A DNA stretch of 64,000 bases, from the NCBI GenBank assembly GCA_943704425.1, contig CALSCP010000013.1, forward strand, positions 1-64,000, read 5' to 3'. The notes beneath the pieces are model-generated. The model made no database searches and had not been told where the DNA came from. It saw only the letters and a program-made list of their open reading frames with translations. The DNA comes from Ministeria vibrans ATCC 50519. Lineage: Eukaryota > Protista > Filasterea. Position numbers and translations under genes: made by a program. Below, in pieces: positions 29,472 to 47,858 of this stretch (the first letter of the stretch is position 1; each line of letters begins with the position of its first letter).

Positions 29472-30878
29472 ATGTCGACTGTGGGGCGAGCTCTCCCGCT
29501 CGTCGTCGTAATCGTGCTTCTCTCTGCATGTTTTGTGGAATCCCGTGTCGTTCGCGGTGCAGGCGCCAACAACGGAACGATTGCGGTTAACAACACCGGT
29601 TCGTTTTTTTTTTTTTTTTTTTTTTTTTTTCATTCTGTCTCCCGTTTCTCTCTGTCTCTTCTGACCTTTGTGCGCAGTGGTAAACAACAACGGAACCGCG
29701 CACCACAACGGGACGTCGCCCATCGCCCCCAAGACGGCGAGTGTCGTGGGTGCGTGTCTCGCTATCATGGGAAATCTGCTCATTTCGGTGAGCCTGAACA
29801 TCCAGAAGAAGGCGCACGTTAAGATTCAGAAGGCACACGACGCCAGCGGTACGGGCGATGCGGCCAGCGGGCGTCAGGGGGACGATCACAAGCAGAGCCG
29901 CAAGAAGAAGAAGAGGAAGCGTCGGGGAGGAGTCGGCAGCGGCAGTGGCGGTGGGCCGTCGGGCGGATCGTCGTCGGCGGCGTACCTGTCGAGCGATCGG
30001 GGCCTCATGTCGCGCCTGCGGTCTGTCTCGGCACAGCGGCGCAAGAAGGCCGGCTTGCCGCGCTTGCCTTATTCTGATGCGGAGCGCTCGGGTCTGCTGC
30101 GCTCGGAAGACGACGAGGACTTGGACGACGAATGGCTTGCGGGCGACCACGACGGCGACCAGATCAGCAGCGGAAACCAACTTCGCCTGCGCACCATCGA
30201 CGACCATTTTGAGGGTGATGGAGATAATGAGGCTCGGCTGGGCGACGACGACGACGACGACGACGACGAGGGGGAGGAGGAGGGGGAGGACGACGAAGAA
30301 GGGGAGGACGAAGAGGAGAGCGACGATGAGTTGGTGCAAGCGGCGCAGTTGCGTGCGTTGCACACTCAGAACGATGGCATTGACCTTTCCGACATGGCCA
30401 GCGATATCAACAGCCGCGATACCGGTCAAATTTCCATCGCAGCCGCAAGTACGAAGCAAAAGAAGGACAAGAGCAAACAGAAGCACTACACCAAGTCCTC
30501 CGTGTGGTGGCTCGGCCTAATCTTGATGATCACGGGTGAAATTGGCAATTTTCTGGCATACGCGTTTGCGCCGGCGTCACTTGTGGCACCGATGGGCACT
30601 GTGACGGTCGTCAGCAATGCGATCATTGCGCCCGTCTTCCTCAAAGAGCCCTTCCGTCTGCGTGATGTCTTGGGCGTTTTGTGTGCTGTCTGTGGCGCAG
30701 TAGTCATTGTCGTCTTCTCGCAGAGTGAGGACCCTGCCCTCAACGCCGACCAGTTATGGGCTCATCTTACTGCACCCCAGTTTCTTGTCTACGTCACTCT
30801 CCTGATCATTCTTGGCGCCATCATGTTCATTCTTAACGTACATCCCACCCAACCTTCATCCCATACTCTCAACTTATC

Positions 30879-30964
<86 letters not shown>

Positions 30965-31937
30965 GCTCTCTCTCCTTAGCGCAAGTACCCTGGACGTGCG
31001 CTGCTGTACCCCCTGCTGGTCTCGGCCGTCCTCGGCTCCTTTACCGTCCTCGCCGCCAAGAGTGTCACCATGCTCTTGGCCGTCTCAGTTGCCGGTGACA
31101 GTCAGTTTGTCCATCCCCTCATTTATGTCATGGCCATCCTTTTGGCTGTCACTGCCATTTCTCAAGTTCGTTTCTTTTGGTTTTTGTTTCTCAATCTATA
31201 TCTAATCTTCTGGGTATGTTGCAGGTTCATTTCCTTAACACTGCAATGCGCCACTTTTCTGCCACTGAAGTTGTTCCCACATTCTTTGTACTGTTTACCA
31301 TTGGTGCAATTTCAATGGGTGGAATTCTCTTCGATGATTTTGCCGGTCTTCCCGCCAAAAACATTGTCTTGTTCTTTTTTGGGTAACGATTGTGGGTTGT
31401 TTTAAGATTGTTATGAATGTTCGGTTGTTCTGAGTGGCATTGTGAGTTGTTTTGAGTGGGATTGTGAGTTGTTTTGAGTGGGATTGTTGTAGGATTGGAC
31501 TGACGTTTGTGGGAGTGTATTTGATCACGTCAAAGCGAAAGAAGGCATTGGGGGCAATTGACTCTAGCGACGACGAATCAGAGTCAGACGGAGAGGGACG
31601 CGTGGACGACGCGCGATTGGACTTGGGATATGTGATTGTGGATGAGCCAACAGAACAGGGGGGTAGCAGTGGAATGACAGTGGAGCAAAATGGTACTGAG
31701 CAAGGGAGTGCAAGTGGTGCAAGTGGTGTGTTTGCAGTAGCAGTGGATGAGAGTGGTGTCCGTGTGGCACTGAAGACGCCCTCTGTGGTCCATGCCACCC
31801 CTGTGCTTGCGTCCACGTCTCTGTCCGTGCCACATGTCTACACGGCTTCTGCTACTGCTGATGATGACGACGACGATGATGATGCTCCGCTCTTGTTTGG
31901 CCATTCCAGTTCCCGTCCTTCTTCTTTTGTCGAGTAA
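29472..31937 (+). CDS. NIPA-family (DMT) magnesium transporter, NIPAL2/3-like
   Basis: GACLAIMGNLLISVSLNIQKKAH; WWLGLILMITGEIGNFLAYAFAPASLVAPMG; FLKEPFRLRD; FSATEVVPTFFVLFT. Confidence 0.93.
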
Positions 31938-31979
31938 AATCTCTCTTTTCCTTTCTTTAAAATGGTTCATGTTTTTATC

Positions 31980-33356
31980 TTACAAACAATACTTTAGCGC
32001 ATCGCAAATGGTCTCTTCTTTGAACCATCTCTCAAACTGCGGATGACCAGTCACTGTTAAAAGAAAGAAGTTCACATGCGTTTGTGTGTGTTTCTTTATA
32101 TAAATGTTGTACCTTTGTTAGACTGTGAAACAGAAGAGACGGTCACCGAGCTCGGCCGTACGGCAGTGAGTGATTCATAAGCCAATTTGGCCTAAAAATG
32201 GTGTACAAAACAGATGATTAGAAACAGCGATTTGACACACTTCACATACTGTGAATGCGGATCGGCCTGACACCCAATTGAGCTCAATTTCATCAAAGGA
32301 TCGCGTTGCAACGGGCTCGCGACTCAATCTTTCCTCATATTCCCGCTTAAGGTAGAAGAGGAGGTTGTGAGAGTGGGTGGGGGAGAGAGAATATTTGTTT
32401 GCTCGTTTACTTGTGACTGAGTGAGCTGTTCTCTGCGACTGACAAATGCATTGAGTTGTTCTCCGACAACATTTAAGAACATCTAAAGAGGATATAGAGA
32501 GGAGATGAGACATATTTTGCGAGACGCAACTTACCTTGATGTTGGTGTTGAGGTACTTTTGGGCGAGATCTGCAATAGGCATGAAATAGGGGAAAGTGTG
32601 TTTGTGCAGTGAGAGGTGCTGTGCGCCGTCGGTGTTGTCGTCCTCTGCTGGATTTGCAGCGGTGCTTGTGAGATTCACAATGGCATAGTACGGCTCGAGG
32701 TAGCGCCCGTCGGCAAACGTGTCGAATCGAAGGCCCACACGACTCTTGGAGAGGGGAAACACGGAGCGACCGGCAAGACGGTAGGCGACGCGAGTCTACA
32801 AAACGAGAAACATACGGGTCATAACGGACAGAGAACGACACGCCATCAACGGCAGATTGTATGTAGCAACCTCCTGGGCGGCGCGAAACTTGACGCGGCG
32901 CACAGCGCTCTCTGCAACGCTTTGGCGTTGGGTGTCGTCGAGTGCGTCGGCGCCTCGCTTCCCGCCCCGCCCGCCCCTCGGCTGCAGGAGCATGTCTGCC
33001 ACCGAGGAGCGCGCCCGTCGATGCTCGACTTCCTGTGCAAGCGACGCCTTGCGTTCCTCCAGCTGTCCGAGTCGAGCAAGAGAGAGAGAGAGAGAGAGAG
33101 AGAGAGTGTTGTATTATTATTTTTTCAAGTTGGCGCCAATTTCAAAATCGCAAAAGTCAGAGACATCTGTCGGGCGAGGCGATGCTACATCGCATAGACA
33201 AGAGCATACCTGGCGGCACTTGAGTCGGAGGTCGGCGAGATTCTCTTCTTTGGACGCAACGCCCTTCTGAAGGGACGCCAGCCGCTTGGCCTGTGCCTGC
33301 AGCTGCATCAGCGTCCGCAGCGAGCCCTCTCGCAGGTGGGAGCTAGTCTCGGCCAT
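31980..33356 (-). CDS. CENPO: Kinetochore protein CENP-O/Mcm21 (multi-exon)
   Basis: N-terminal coiled coil; YRLAGRSVF..VGLRFDTFADGRYLEPYY; LHKHTFPYFMPIADLAQKYL; LNAFVSRREQL (double-RWD CENP-O signature). Confidence 0.88.
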
Positions 33357-33770
33357 GGTGCGCAGTTTACAACAGAGAAACCAAAATGAATTTGTAATCT
33401 GTTTCGCTGTTGTATTCGAATTTCGATTCATGATCAATCAAAACACTAATTAATCCCGACTCAGGAGTTCTAAAATAATGCCGAGCAGCCCACCGCTTGC
33501 CACAACACCCCAAAAGTCTAACTCTCAAGTCTTACGGCTTACGGCAGCTCCCAACTGCTAATGAAGAAATTGACTCTCCTACCAATCAACCCAACTCACT
33601 CATTACGACGAGGAATCAACAGTGCTAATAATTTCAAAAATTATTCATTTTTGCTTTCTTTGGCAGCCAGACAGGTGCCCGTGCAACACAGCGCCACCGC
33701 GATCGCCCCCCCATGACCCCACGTTTTTCTTATCGCGNNNNNNNNNNCCCCCCCCCGTGTCCGCCCCGCC

Positions 33771-36248
33771 ATGGTTTCGCTTGTGTGGGCGCGACGCGAT
33801 CTCTTTGCGTGCGCCCTCCTCCCCCTGCCATCCTCCGCCCGCATCGACCTCAGGAGCCTTCTCAAGCTGGTCTTCTACTGCCGCTCCAAGAACCACCTCC
33901 CTCGCTTGCCGTACGCAGTCATTCCCTTTGTCTCTTCGTCTCTTTTCGACCTTTCTTACTTTCAAGTGTTGGTTTTTTCCTTTTTGAAATTCAGTCGATC
34001 TGTCTGGTGTACTGTTGCGACCAACCACCTGCTGCTCACGGAGGACCAGGCAACGGTGTACTTTGACGTGATGCAGGTAAGACGAGCGGGGTCGCCGCGA
34101 GACCGACGCACTGTCGTTTGAACTTGTCGCGTAGGGAATGGACGCGCAGAACCCCTCAGCGCATCGCCAAGACGACGCCAGTGCACACGACACCGTAGAC
34201 ACCCTCAGATTTGTCCTGCTCCTTTTCATCCAGCAGCTCTCGCGAACCTCTCTCAAAGATCGCTTTGTCACACCAACGGCCTTTCCAGAGGTGACATGCA
34301 CTATTTTTCATCCACTGCACTGCTCTAAACTGTTCGTCTCTTAGATGGACGATTCGGCTGTATCCTCGAGTTCTGTTGCTGGGGGCAGCGGCGCTTCTGT
34401 GGCCAAGTTTGTAGCGCAAGAGGACTTTGATGTCCAACAATTTCTCCACCGACACATCACCGACATACTTCAACTGCTCTCGCGACCCGAGGATGGCGAC
34501 AAACTCGACGCTACCACAACCGCAGGTGGTGGAGGGGGAACGAAACAAGTCATGAGCATGACGGAAACAGGCTTAGCCGCCCTTGACTTTCTTCTCATGG
34601 CCGGCACATCCAACGCTCCCCCCACCACAACAACAACGACCACTGCGACGTCACCTACCACTCGTCGCACTCCCTCCCTGGCTCACATCACCTCCGCTCC
34701 ATTCCACTCTATTGCTCGCTCCAAAAGCAATGCCTTCCGTGACCCCCCACACGCAACTCTTCTCTCCCGCTCCAAACTCGCCTCATGGATCCGGTATCTT
34801 ACAAGCACAACCAACTCCTATCCCTAAAGACAATTTCCATCTAGCGATCGACTGTGTGCGCCACCTAGCGAGTCCGTCTCCATCCCTCTCACTGCCCCAT
34901 CGTTGGTGTCCTCTCCGTCTATGGTCCTCTCTCCTTCCTCCACTCCCAAATCACTCTCCATTGTTGATCTTGTCCACTCTGCCTCGGATCACTCTCCCCT
35001 TCTCATCGTACGCTAGCACCCACACAAAAGAGTGAGTGTGTGTAAGAGAGAAAGGCGTTGATGCATTTTGTAGATTAGCGGAATCAACAAGAAGACAGTC
35101 GTGCGTGCAGAAGGGACACTCGATGGTGCACTTGTGCGCATCCACAAATGTCGCAACAGCACTGTGTATCTCTTGGGCGCACTCCGCTCGGTCGTCATAT
35201 CACAGTGTCGGTATAGAACATTTACACATCACAAACATATGCACACACACCGCAAAAAAAAAACGGCACATTCACCACAAAGATACACACACACACACAT
35301 ACCACACACACACATACCACACACACACGCACTCGCCACACACTTACACACACACTCATCCGCTTTGCAGTGACATGACCATCTACATTGGCGCCACCGA
35401 GACCCTCCACATTACCCGCACGCGCACCAGCCACATTCACACCCACACGTCCACCCTCACCACTCTTTCTCATTCCGACTCCTCCCTCGCCATCCACTCC
35501 GCCTCAAACGCCCCCCTTGTCCTCCTTGACGCGAACCATGGCCCTCTTCTTGCGCCGCACTCCTCAGCTTTTTATCGCGGTCAGCTGGTCCATTGGGAAA
35601 GTGCCAATTTCGATCCGGAAAAGAACTTTTGGAACAAGTACCATTCTTCCTTCTTATTTCCAATAGTTGAATCTATGTCTTTTTTCGTTCTTAGAGCTGT
35701 TTATTTCATGGGTCAGAGCGCGAAAAACACGTGTGTCATTCAATCCCCAAAGGTACATATTCGTTCACCAACAATACCAAATTAATTCCGATTTTGTTGT
35801 GTTAGGATTATCAGCCGTTTTGTGTTCCGTTTTCACTGACCAGCGGACCTCCAACTGAAATCTCACTGGCACTCCCAATTGAGTTTGAACGCTCTCTTGA
35901 AGAGAGAACTGCGCAAATCAGAGCATTCCAACGGGAACTCAGTGAAAAAGCAGATTCAGCGCATACGGACAAATCACTTTTGGAGGTCAGGCAGGCCTAA
36001 ATAGACTAAGAGAGAAAAAGACTGATTTTTTGTCATCTTTTTAGGCTTCAATTGTGGCTCGTTTTGAGGTGAGTGGGTAAAAATGTAATTGAATATATGT
36101 TTGGTGATCTTGTGATTGTGACAAGGCATTATTATCAATTTTGAAATGTCTTCTTTTCTCTCTTTCACTCTTGTAGGAATGGCTCAGTTCGACTGGACAC
36201 CTGCGAGAATTGAGTGATTTGGTTACTCTTTCGTCTCTTTCCTACTGA
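33771..36248 (+). CDS. TBCCD1: TBCC domain-containing protein 1
   Basis: LVWARRDLF; VDTLRFVLLLFIQQL; C-CAP/TBCC beta-helix VRIHKCRNSTVYLLGALRSVVI; NFWNK; C-terminal EWLSSTGHLRELSDLV. Confidence 0.85.
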
Positions 36249-36307
36249 GGCGAACGTCACGAAAAATGTTTATGTATTTGTACAATCATTTTCAGTTTTT
36301 TGAGTAT

Positions 36308-40287
<3,980 letters not shown>

Positions 40288-40494
40288 TCAGGGGAAATGA
40301 AGTTCAAAATAAATGAAGAACTAAGAAGATTAGAAGAATAACTTTGAACTTTGAATGACACCCAAAATATTAACCATTTGTATTATTTATTTATTATTAT
40401 TCGCTCTTTCCCGCTTCTCTTCAGTCGAAACGTGCTTTCCGTGACTGGCTGTGTTTTGCGGGGTCATTTTCCACCGTCGTTTTTCTCTCAGTTG

Positions 40495-41877
40495 ATGGAT
40501 CTGCCCGATCTACGAGCGCGCCGTAAAAACCCCCTCTCACAGTCGTCGGTCGCGTCAGCCGAGAAACTATCCGCACGTCTTTCTTTGCCACCGCCACCAG
40601 TAGTCGCCGCAGCGTCGCCCCCGCTGCCGTCGTCGTCGTCGCCGTCGTTGTCTTCGTCGCGAGTCGTTCGTCGTCAATCGGCTGCTATCGCGTCGCAGTC
40701 CTCTTCTGCCTCCCCCGCCGCCCCCGCCGCCCCCGCCGCCGCCACCTCTGCTCGCACCCGCTTTTCCGTCGCGTCTCCCTCCCGTTCGCGCCGCAAGCGT
40801 TCCCTCAGCGATCTCCTAGAGCCGCACACCGCCGCGCTCTCCGGTCGAAACACTCTCGCTCCCAACTCGCCCAACTCGGGCCACAAGTCTCTCAGGCGTA
40901 GCCCACGCTCCGTCCCTTCATCCACCTCTACCTTACAGCCGAGCACCGCCTCTCCGTCGTCCCTCACAAAGGTACAACAGCACACACCAAAAAAAAAAAA
41001 AAAAAAAAAGATGTAAAAAAAGCGAGCTGGCCATCTTGTCAACTGACCATTCGCTCTCCCCATTGCGTCACATTTTCCTTCCCTCCCTACTTCCCCGGCG
41101 ATCGTTTTTTCTCTCCGTACACCCCACCAAGTTCACTTTTTCCCCCCTCTTCTTTTCTTCTTTGTCCCGTTTCGCTGACCCAAAGAAAAAAATTTCTTCT
41201 CTTTTTTTCTTTTTTTTGTTCACTTAGCGCCCAAAGCGAAAGGCTTCGGTGATGTCTGGCGATCACCATGCTAAGAAGAGCAAGGAGGACTCGCGTACCC
41301 CCAACAAAAAACGCTCGCGACTGACTGGGCTGTCGAGCAAGGAACGGAAAGCTTTGTCGACGGACCAATCGTCGACCACGCCGCGCACAGCCAGCAAGAC
41401 TGCCGCTGCCGCGACAAGCACCACCACCACTACGACAACTGGCACAGTCGGTGATGGCGACAACGGCGACGACGCATCAGCCACTCAAACCCCATTTTCC
41501 GAGAGTGGCAGCAGCAGCAGCAGTGGTGGCGAGAGCGACGGCGCAATCAAGCTGAGCAATGCAAAAGCGAGTCGCAACAACCGTGACGAGGATTGCGACG
41601 AGGACGACGAGGACGACGAGTTCCTTGCACCCTTTGACGACTGTGACTTCCATGCGAACAAGGAGGACGAAGAAGACGATGACGAAGATGAAGACGATGA
41701 GTCACGCCGGAAAAGCAGCAGCAACAACGATGATGAAGAGAAAGCGTCGCAAGATGCCGTTGCACAGCGTCTCAGTACTCTTCAAGGTCTCCTTCGTCAG
41801 TTTGGGAATGGCGGCAATGGTGGCGACAATCCAGGCATTTTCAACTTGCAATCGCAACGCAGCAACAGTAATAATTA

Positions 41878-41953
<76 letters not shown>

Positions 41954-41961
41954 TTAGTATT

Positions 41962-42021
<60 letters not shown>

Positions 42022-43861
42022 CAAATTATTTGTAGATTCTTCGTCTCGCATGAGTGCCCTTTTGGAGGGACTGCAGGCGATCGGCGATGACGAACGACAG
42101 TATCTAGCGCTGACGGAAGCTAGCGAGATGCTGTCAATGGGCACGGAAGAGACATTGGGCGGATTCAAGGCGGAAGAGTTTGTGCCGCCGCTATTGGAGC
42201 TGCTCACTCACGAACACCAGCCTGAGACAATGCTCATTGCTTGCCGTGCGCTTACCAATATGATGGAGGCGCTACCGGGCTCGGGTGCGCTCGTGGTGCA
42301 ACAGGATGGTGTGGGCATTCTCTGTGCCAAACTCCTCACCATTGAGTACATCGATTTAGCCGAGCAGTCGCTTACGGCACTGCAGAAACTCAGTGCCGAA
42401 TTTGGCCAAGTGCTACTCAAAGCGGGCGCCCTCTGCGCCGTGCTCACCTACATTGATTTTTTCAGCATGTCCCTGCAACGCTCGGCGCTCCTCACCGCCA
42501 GCAACATTTGTCGTATGGTTCCCTCCGACTGTGTTCCCCTTGTGCGCGACGCCATTCCTTTGCTCACCAACCTCCTGCAATACCAAGACGACAAAATTAT
42601 CGAGCGCACCTGTCTGTGCTTTGCGCGTCTCACTGATTGCTTCCGCTCCAACAAGACTCACCTCGCACTTCTCGCCTCCCACGGCCTCCTCCCACGTCTC
42701 GTCGCCCTTGTCTCCGCCACTCCCTCCGCTATTACTCCCGGCACGTACACCATGATCGTGCGTACTCTTGCTACGCTCTGTAGCTACTGTCCAGAGTAAG
42801 ACGTAACATAACAAACCAACAAAAAAAATTAAAACAAAAAAATTATGATGTAGCCTTGCTTGTGACCTGGTGCGCGACGGTATAGCACAAACGATACGAA
42901 AAATGCTTTTGGGCGACGCTGAAACGTACCAGTCGGGTGCACACTCGGCCGAACAACTGTATGAGATTCTGTCGTTGTGCAGCGAGGTTTTGCCTGTGCT
43001 GTCATCGACGGGAGAGAGTCCCGTTAGCGACAAAGTCGTCGATGTGCTCAAGGCGTCGCCATCGCAGCAGCGTGATGGCCGCCATCACAGCGGTGCGCGT
43101 CTTTTTTTTGGCCGTGGCGCTGCTGTGGCGCGACAGTCGGAGGTGCCGCAGATTGAGCAGGCAGACGACGCGCGCTTTGCCTTTTTGCGCGAGAACGCCG
43201 AGACACTCAAGAATCTCACCGAAGCACTGTTGGGCCCACTCTTTGGCGTATACCAGGCGACTGTTAGTGGCCCGGTGCGTCGACGTTGTCTTAGTGCCGT
43301 GCTCAAAATGATTCATTTTACAAGTGCGGAACACCTGCGTGCGATTCTCTTTGATCTATCCGTCTCGAGTTTTGTGGCGGGTCTCCTGGAAAGTCCCGAC
43401 GAGATTCTCGTTGTGGTGGCTCTGCAGCTTGCTGACGATCTTATGAGCAAGTTACCGGACATCTTTCCCGTGTACTTTCGTCGCGAAGGTGTCATGCACG
43501 TCATGGAGCGTCTTGCGGGCACTGCAGCTCCACCATCGCCTACAGCACCAACTGATCCCTCATCGCTCTTACCCTCCTCTCACGCATCCACAACGACATC
43601 GACCACCACCACTACCACCACTACCACAGCGGCAGCAAGTGACAATGCTGCGGGTGTTCAAACGCCCGCTCGTGACAAACCTGTTGGCGCCAACCCGTTT
43701 GCACAGTTTACCACACCGCCTCACGACCGTCGTCTGAGTGATACATTCAACGAGACGCCGCCGAGTTCGCGTGCTTCACGTAAACTCAATTTGCGTTTCA
43801 CTCGCTCCAAACATCAACCGCCGCCTCCGTTGACCTCATCCGCATCCGCCACCGCTGCTGC

Positions 43862-43898
<37 letters not shown>

Positions 43899-46800
43899 GC
43901 TACTCCTTCTCCTTCTGCTCCATCGTCGTCCGTGTCGCCGTCGGCCGAGTCGTTCAAGTCGAAACGACAGCGCTTCGAGGACTCGTCGTCTTACAGCATT
44001 TTTGAAAAGGTCCTTCAGGAGCACATGCGTTCGAGTAGTTCTGCTGCAGCAGCTGCCGCCGCTGCCGCGGCAGCTGCCGCGATTGAGCCCGCGTTGGAGG
44101 CTGGTGCTGACACAGACGAAGCGTCCAAGCCGGCCGAGCCGCCTCTCTCAGATTGGATTTCTTTGCGCGCCAAGGAGTTTTGCAAGAACCACGTTGCTGC
44201 AACGGGCGCGACCAAAGTGATGGGTGATTTGGGTGCACTGGCGAGCAGCTTGGAGCAGGCGACAGGCGACAAGGAGATGAATGCGATACGTATCACGCTT
44301 CACGAGGAAACTCTGCGCAGTATCTGTGTCATTTTGAATGATGCCACACTCAATGTGTCGAGTTTTGAGGTGCACAACTCGGGCCTGGCGCGTGCTCTTC
44401 TGCACTACCTCAGTGACACGGGTGCGGGTCAACTTGAGCGTCTGCGATGCTTTGCGCGTGTATTCATGGGACGTCCCGCTCGTGCCGACGCCACGATCGA
44501 GCAGCAGAGCGAGGAGACGGGCACGGTGCTTGCTCACCTTGTCCAGCTTCTCCATGGCTCCATCAACATGCTTGAAAAGTTCCCGGTGGCCATTTCCGAG
44601 GGAGGGGCATCTGGTAGTGGTAGTGGAACCAGTGTGGGGACGTCGCCGGACTCGGTGGTGAACCGATTGCGCTCGCTCACGCAGCCTGTCAAGTTGTGTC
44701 TTCAACGTGACGAGTCAGCCGACGCGTCGCAAGTGGGCGTCTTCGACACAAACACCGTCATGATTGAGCCGCTTGCGACCGTGCAGGCCATTGAGGATTT
44801 CCTTTGGACTCGCGTTGGCAATGGCGGAGGTGGGGATGGTGAAATGTCCAAGCACAAGGAAGGCCGAAGAGGGCGAAAGGGCGTCGACGAAGTGGAAGAG
44901 GAGGAAGGAAACGACGAAGAAGAGGAAAAGGACGAGGAACGGGGTGAGGAAGAGGAGGAGGTGGAGGAGGAGGAGGAGGAGGATGATGATGATGACGAAG
45001 AAGAAGATGAGGACGATGAAGATGGTGAGGGCCGCAACTACGTTCCGCTGACACCTGGCACGTCGGCGACGAGCATGGAAGTGCAGCAGGCCATGCATAT
45101 GGCTATGGCATCGTCTCGGCGCCGTCGTCTCGACTCTGGTCCCGCTGAAGATCTCCTCCTCGACGACGACCAGTCCTCCAAACGCACCGAGGCAAAGTCC
45201 ACGACCACCTCGTCTACTACTTCTTCGTCTCCTGCAGCAACAGCAGCAGCAGCAGCAGCAACAACAACAACGAGTGCTTCATCCGATGCTGGCAAGAAGG
45301 CAGACAGGTCGACTGGTGATGCTTCGTCAAAGAGCTCTCGACGCCTCTGTTTGACACTCAATGGACACGTATTGTCAACGAGCGAATCGGTGTTTCAGGC
45401 GCTGCAAAAGTACGGCATGTCGCGTGACAGCAGTGCGAGTGGTGGTGGTGATGCCACCACGATTGAAGAACATCGCGCAACGCAGTTGCGCCATTCGTTG
45501 CTGATGCGCCTGTTGGGTCGTCATGGAGGACCGACAACAACCATTACGTATCGTGAATGGCGTGCGTCGGACGACGCTGACGAGGCGGCCAAGGTGCGCG
45601 TGGACGAGGCGGCGCTGGCGCTTGCCAAGGCAACTCCTCCGCGCACCCTTGATGACGGTGTGAACCAGGTGCCGCGCTGTATTGCCTCCGTGCTATCCAT
45701 GTCATTACCGGGTCGGTCGAGCGGTGCGAGTAACAGCGAGGGGAGCGACGATGTGGCGACGGCCGAGCTGCTTGCACTGTTGCGTGCCATTGAGATTCTC
45801 AACCGCAAATGGGTGACGTTGTTTGGCATTGACGCGCGGCCGCATGGAGGCGCTGTGTTGTCACAAGGGGACTTTGTCAATGCGAAGCTGACGGCCAAGC
45901 TGACACGACAGTTGCAGGATCCGTTTACGTTGTGCAGTTCGACGCTGCCCGAGTGGTGTGCGACACTGACTCACGCGTGTCCTGTCGTCTTTTCGTACGA
46001 CTGTCGTCGTCTGTACTTCTCGTCGACTGCCTATGGTGTGGCGCGTGCCTTGACTCGACTGCAAGAGCGCTCGGCGGACGCCCTGCAAGGTGTCACCTCA
46101 GAGCAGCTGCGGATTGGGCGGATATCGCGCACCAAGGTGCGCATTGGCCGCGACCGCATTCTCAAGTCGGCCATTAAGGTGATGGAGGCATACGGCACGC
46201 AAAAATCCATTCTCGAGATTGAGTACTACAATGAGCAGGGCACGGGTCTGGGACCGACGTTGGAGTTTTACACGCTGGTTTGTCGTGAGCTGCAACGACG
46301 TTCGTTGCGTTTGTGGCGCGGTGCTCTTGGGGCTACCGACAAGAACGCCTCGGAGTGGGTTGAGCGCGGGCAGGGACTGTTTCCCGAGCCACTGTCACCG
46401 AGTGCGCCCAACGAAGAGGTGCAGCGTCGCCTGGAGCTGTTTCGGACGGTGGGACGGTTCGTGGCCAAGGCACTACTGGACTCGCGTCTGCTGGATTTGC
46501 CGCTGAACCCGCTGATGCTACAGCTGCTTGCGGGCGGACGCACGGCTGCGAACACGCTGGCCCTGCGCGACCTGCATCTCGTAGACGAGGCTTTGGCGCG
46601 ACAGTTGGCAGGGCTGGCAGAGGTGGCAGAGCAGTGGCGCACGCAAGGCCGAGTGGGCGACGAGGTACTCGTGGACGGAACGACGCGCGTCGAGGACTTG
46701 TGTCTCGAGTTTGTGTTGCCTGGACGACCCGACTACGTGCTGAAGGCAGGAGGCGATGTGGAGGTGGTAACGTTGTCGACGCTGGAGGAGTACCTTGATT

Positions 46801-47378
46801 TGGTGGTGGAGGCGACGCTGCGCACCGGGGTGATGCGACAGGTGGAGGCGATGCGCGAAGGGTTTGCGGCGGTACTGCCGGCGGGATCGCTGGTGCCGTT
46901 TGACGCGAACGAGGTGGAGGTGCTTGTGTGTGGAAGTGGGGTGTGGCAGTGGGACGTGAAGACGCTGAGTGACTGTTGCCGACCCGACCATGGGTACACG
47001 TCAATGTCGCGTGCTGTTGTGTGGCTCTACGAGGTGCTCACGGAGATGGACGTGGATGCGCAGCGTGCCTTTCTCACGTTTGCGACGGGCAGTCCTCGCT
47101 TGCCCGTTGGCGGCCTCAGTGCCCTGCGCCCACCGCTGACCATTGTGCGCAAGACCATGGCCGACGAGGTGGAGGATAGCAGTCTGCCCAGTGTCATGAC
47201 CTGTCAGAATTACCTGAAGCTTCCAGGTACGCACATGCAAAGCGCATGGAACAACTTGTTTTAAATGTTTTTTTTTGTGTGTGTGTGTGCGTCTTTAGAT
47301 TACTCGAGCAAGGATGTCTTGAAGGAAAAGTTGTATTTGGCGATGAGTGAGGGTGTTGGGAGTTTCCATTTGAGTTAA
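40495..47378 (+). CDS. TRIP12: HECT E3 ubiquitin ligase TRIP12/UPL3/Ufd4
   Basis: ARM region LSMGTEETL..ACRALTNMMEALP..IEYIDLAEQSL; YFRREGV; KLTAKLTRQLQDP; LEIEYYNEQGTGLGPTLEFY; catalytic LPSVMTCQNYLKLPDYSS..GSFHLS*. Confidence 0.97.
41877..42018. repeat. (TAT)n microsatellite in an intron; similar (AAT)n tracts at 36825-36894 and 55675-55921
   Basis: Read directly from the sequence. Confidence 0.95.
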
Positions 47379-47695
47379 GAAGAGGGGTGTGTGTGAGAGT
47401 GGAAATGAAAGAGAGAGACCATTTTGAAAGGAAGTCTTTTTGTTATTTTAGACCATTTGATATAGAGAACGTTTGAAAATAATTCCTTTTAGGCTATTTG
47501 AAAAGAAGGTTTTTTAGATCATTTGAAAAGAATGGCATTCAATCGCTAAAAAGAAGTAGGCAGTAGACACTTGACTACTAAATCAGCAGTAAATAATGAT
47601 TATAAATCAATGATGAATGAAAATATGAAAATAATATGAATGAAAATTAAATCATTATTTTTCTTTGCACTATCGATTTGATCGACTGACGCACC

Positions 47696-47803
47696 ATGAC
47701 TGAGTCAGTCAAAGGGCGAGCAAAGGGCTGGGATGGTTTGATCGTGTTGACTGGTGTGTATCGCGCGCAGCGAGTTGTTTCCCCTCTCACTCTCTCTCTC
47801 TCA

Positions 47804-47858
<55 letters not shown>

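Noticed and set aside
42413-47240. Many antisense and alternate-frame ORFs over TRIP12 (also over NVL and TMF1)
   Set aside because: Shadow ORFs expected from GC-rich codon usage; no motifs.
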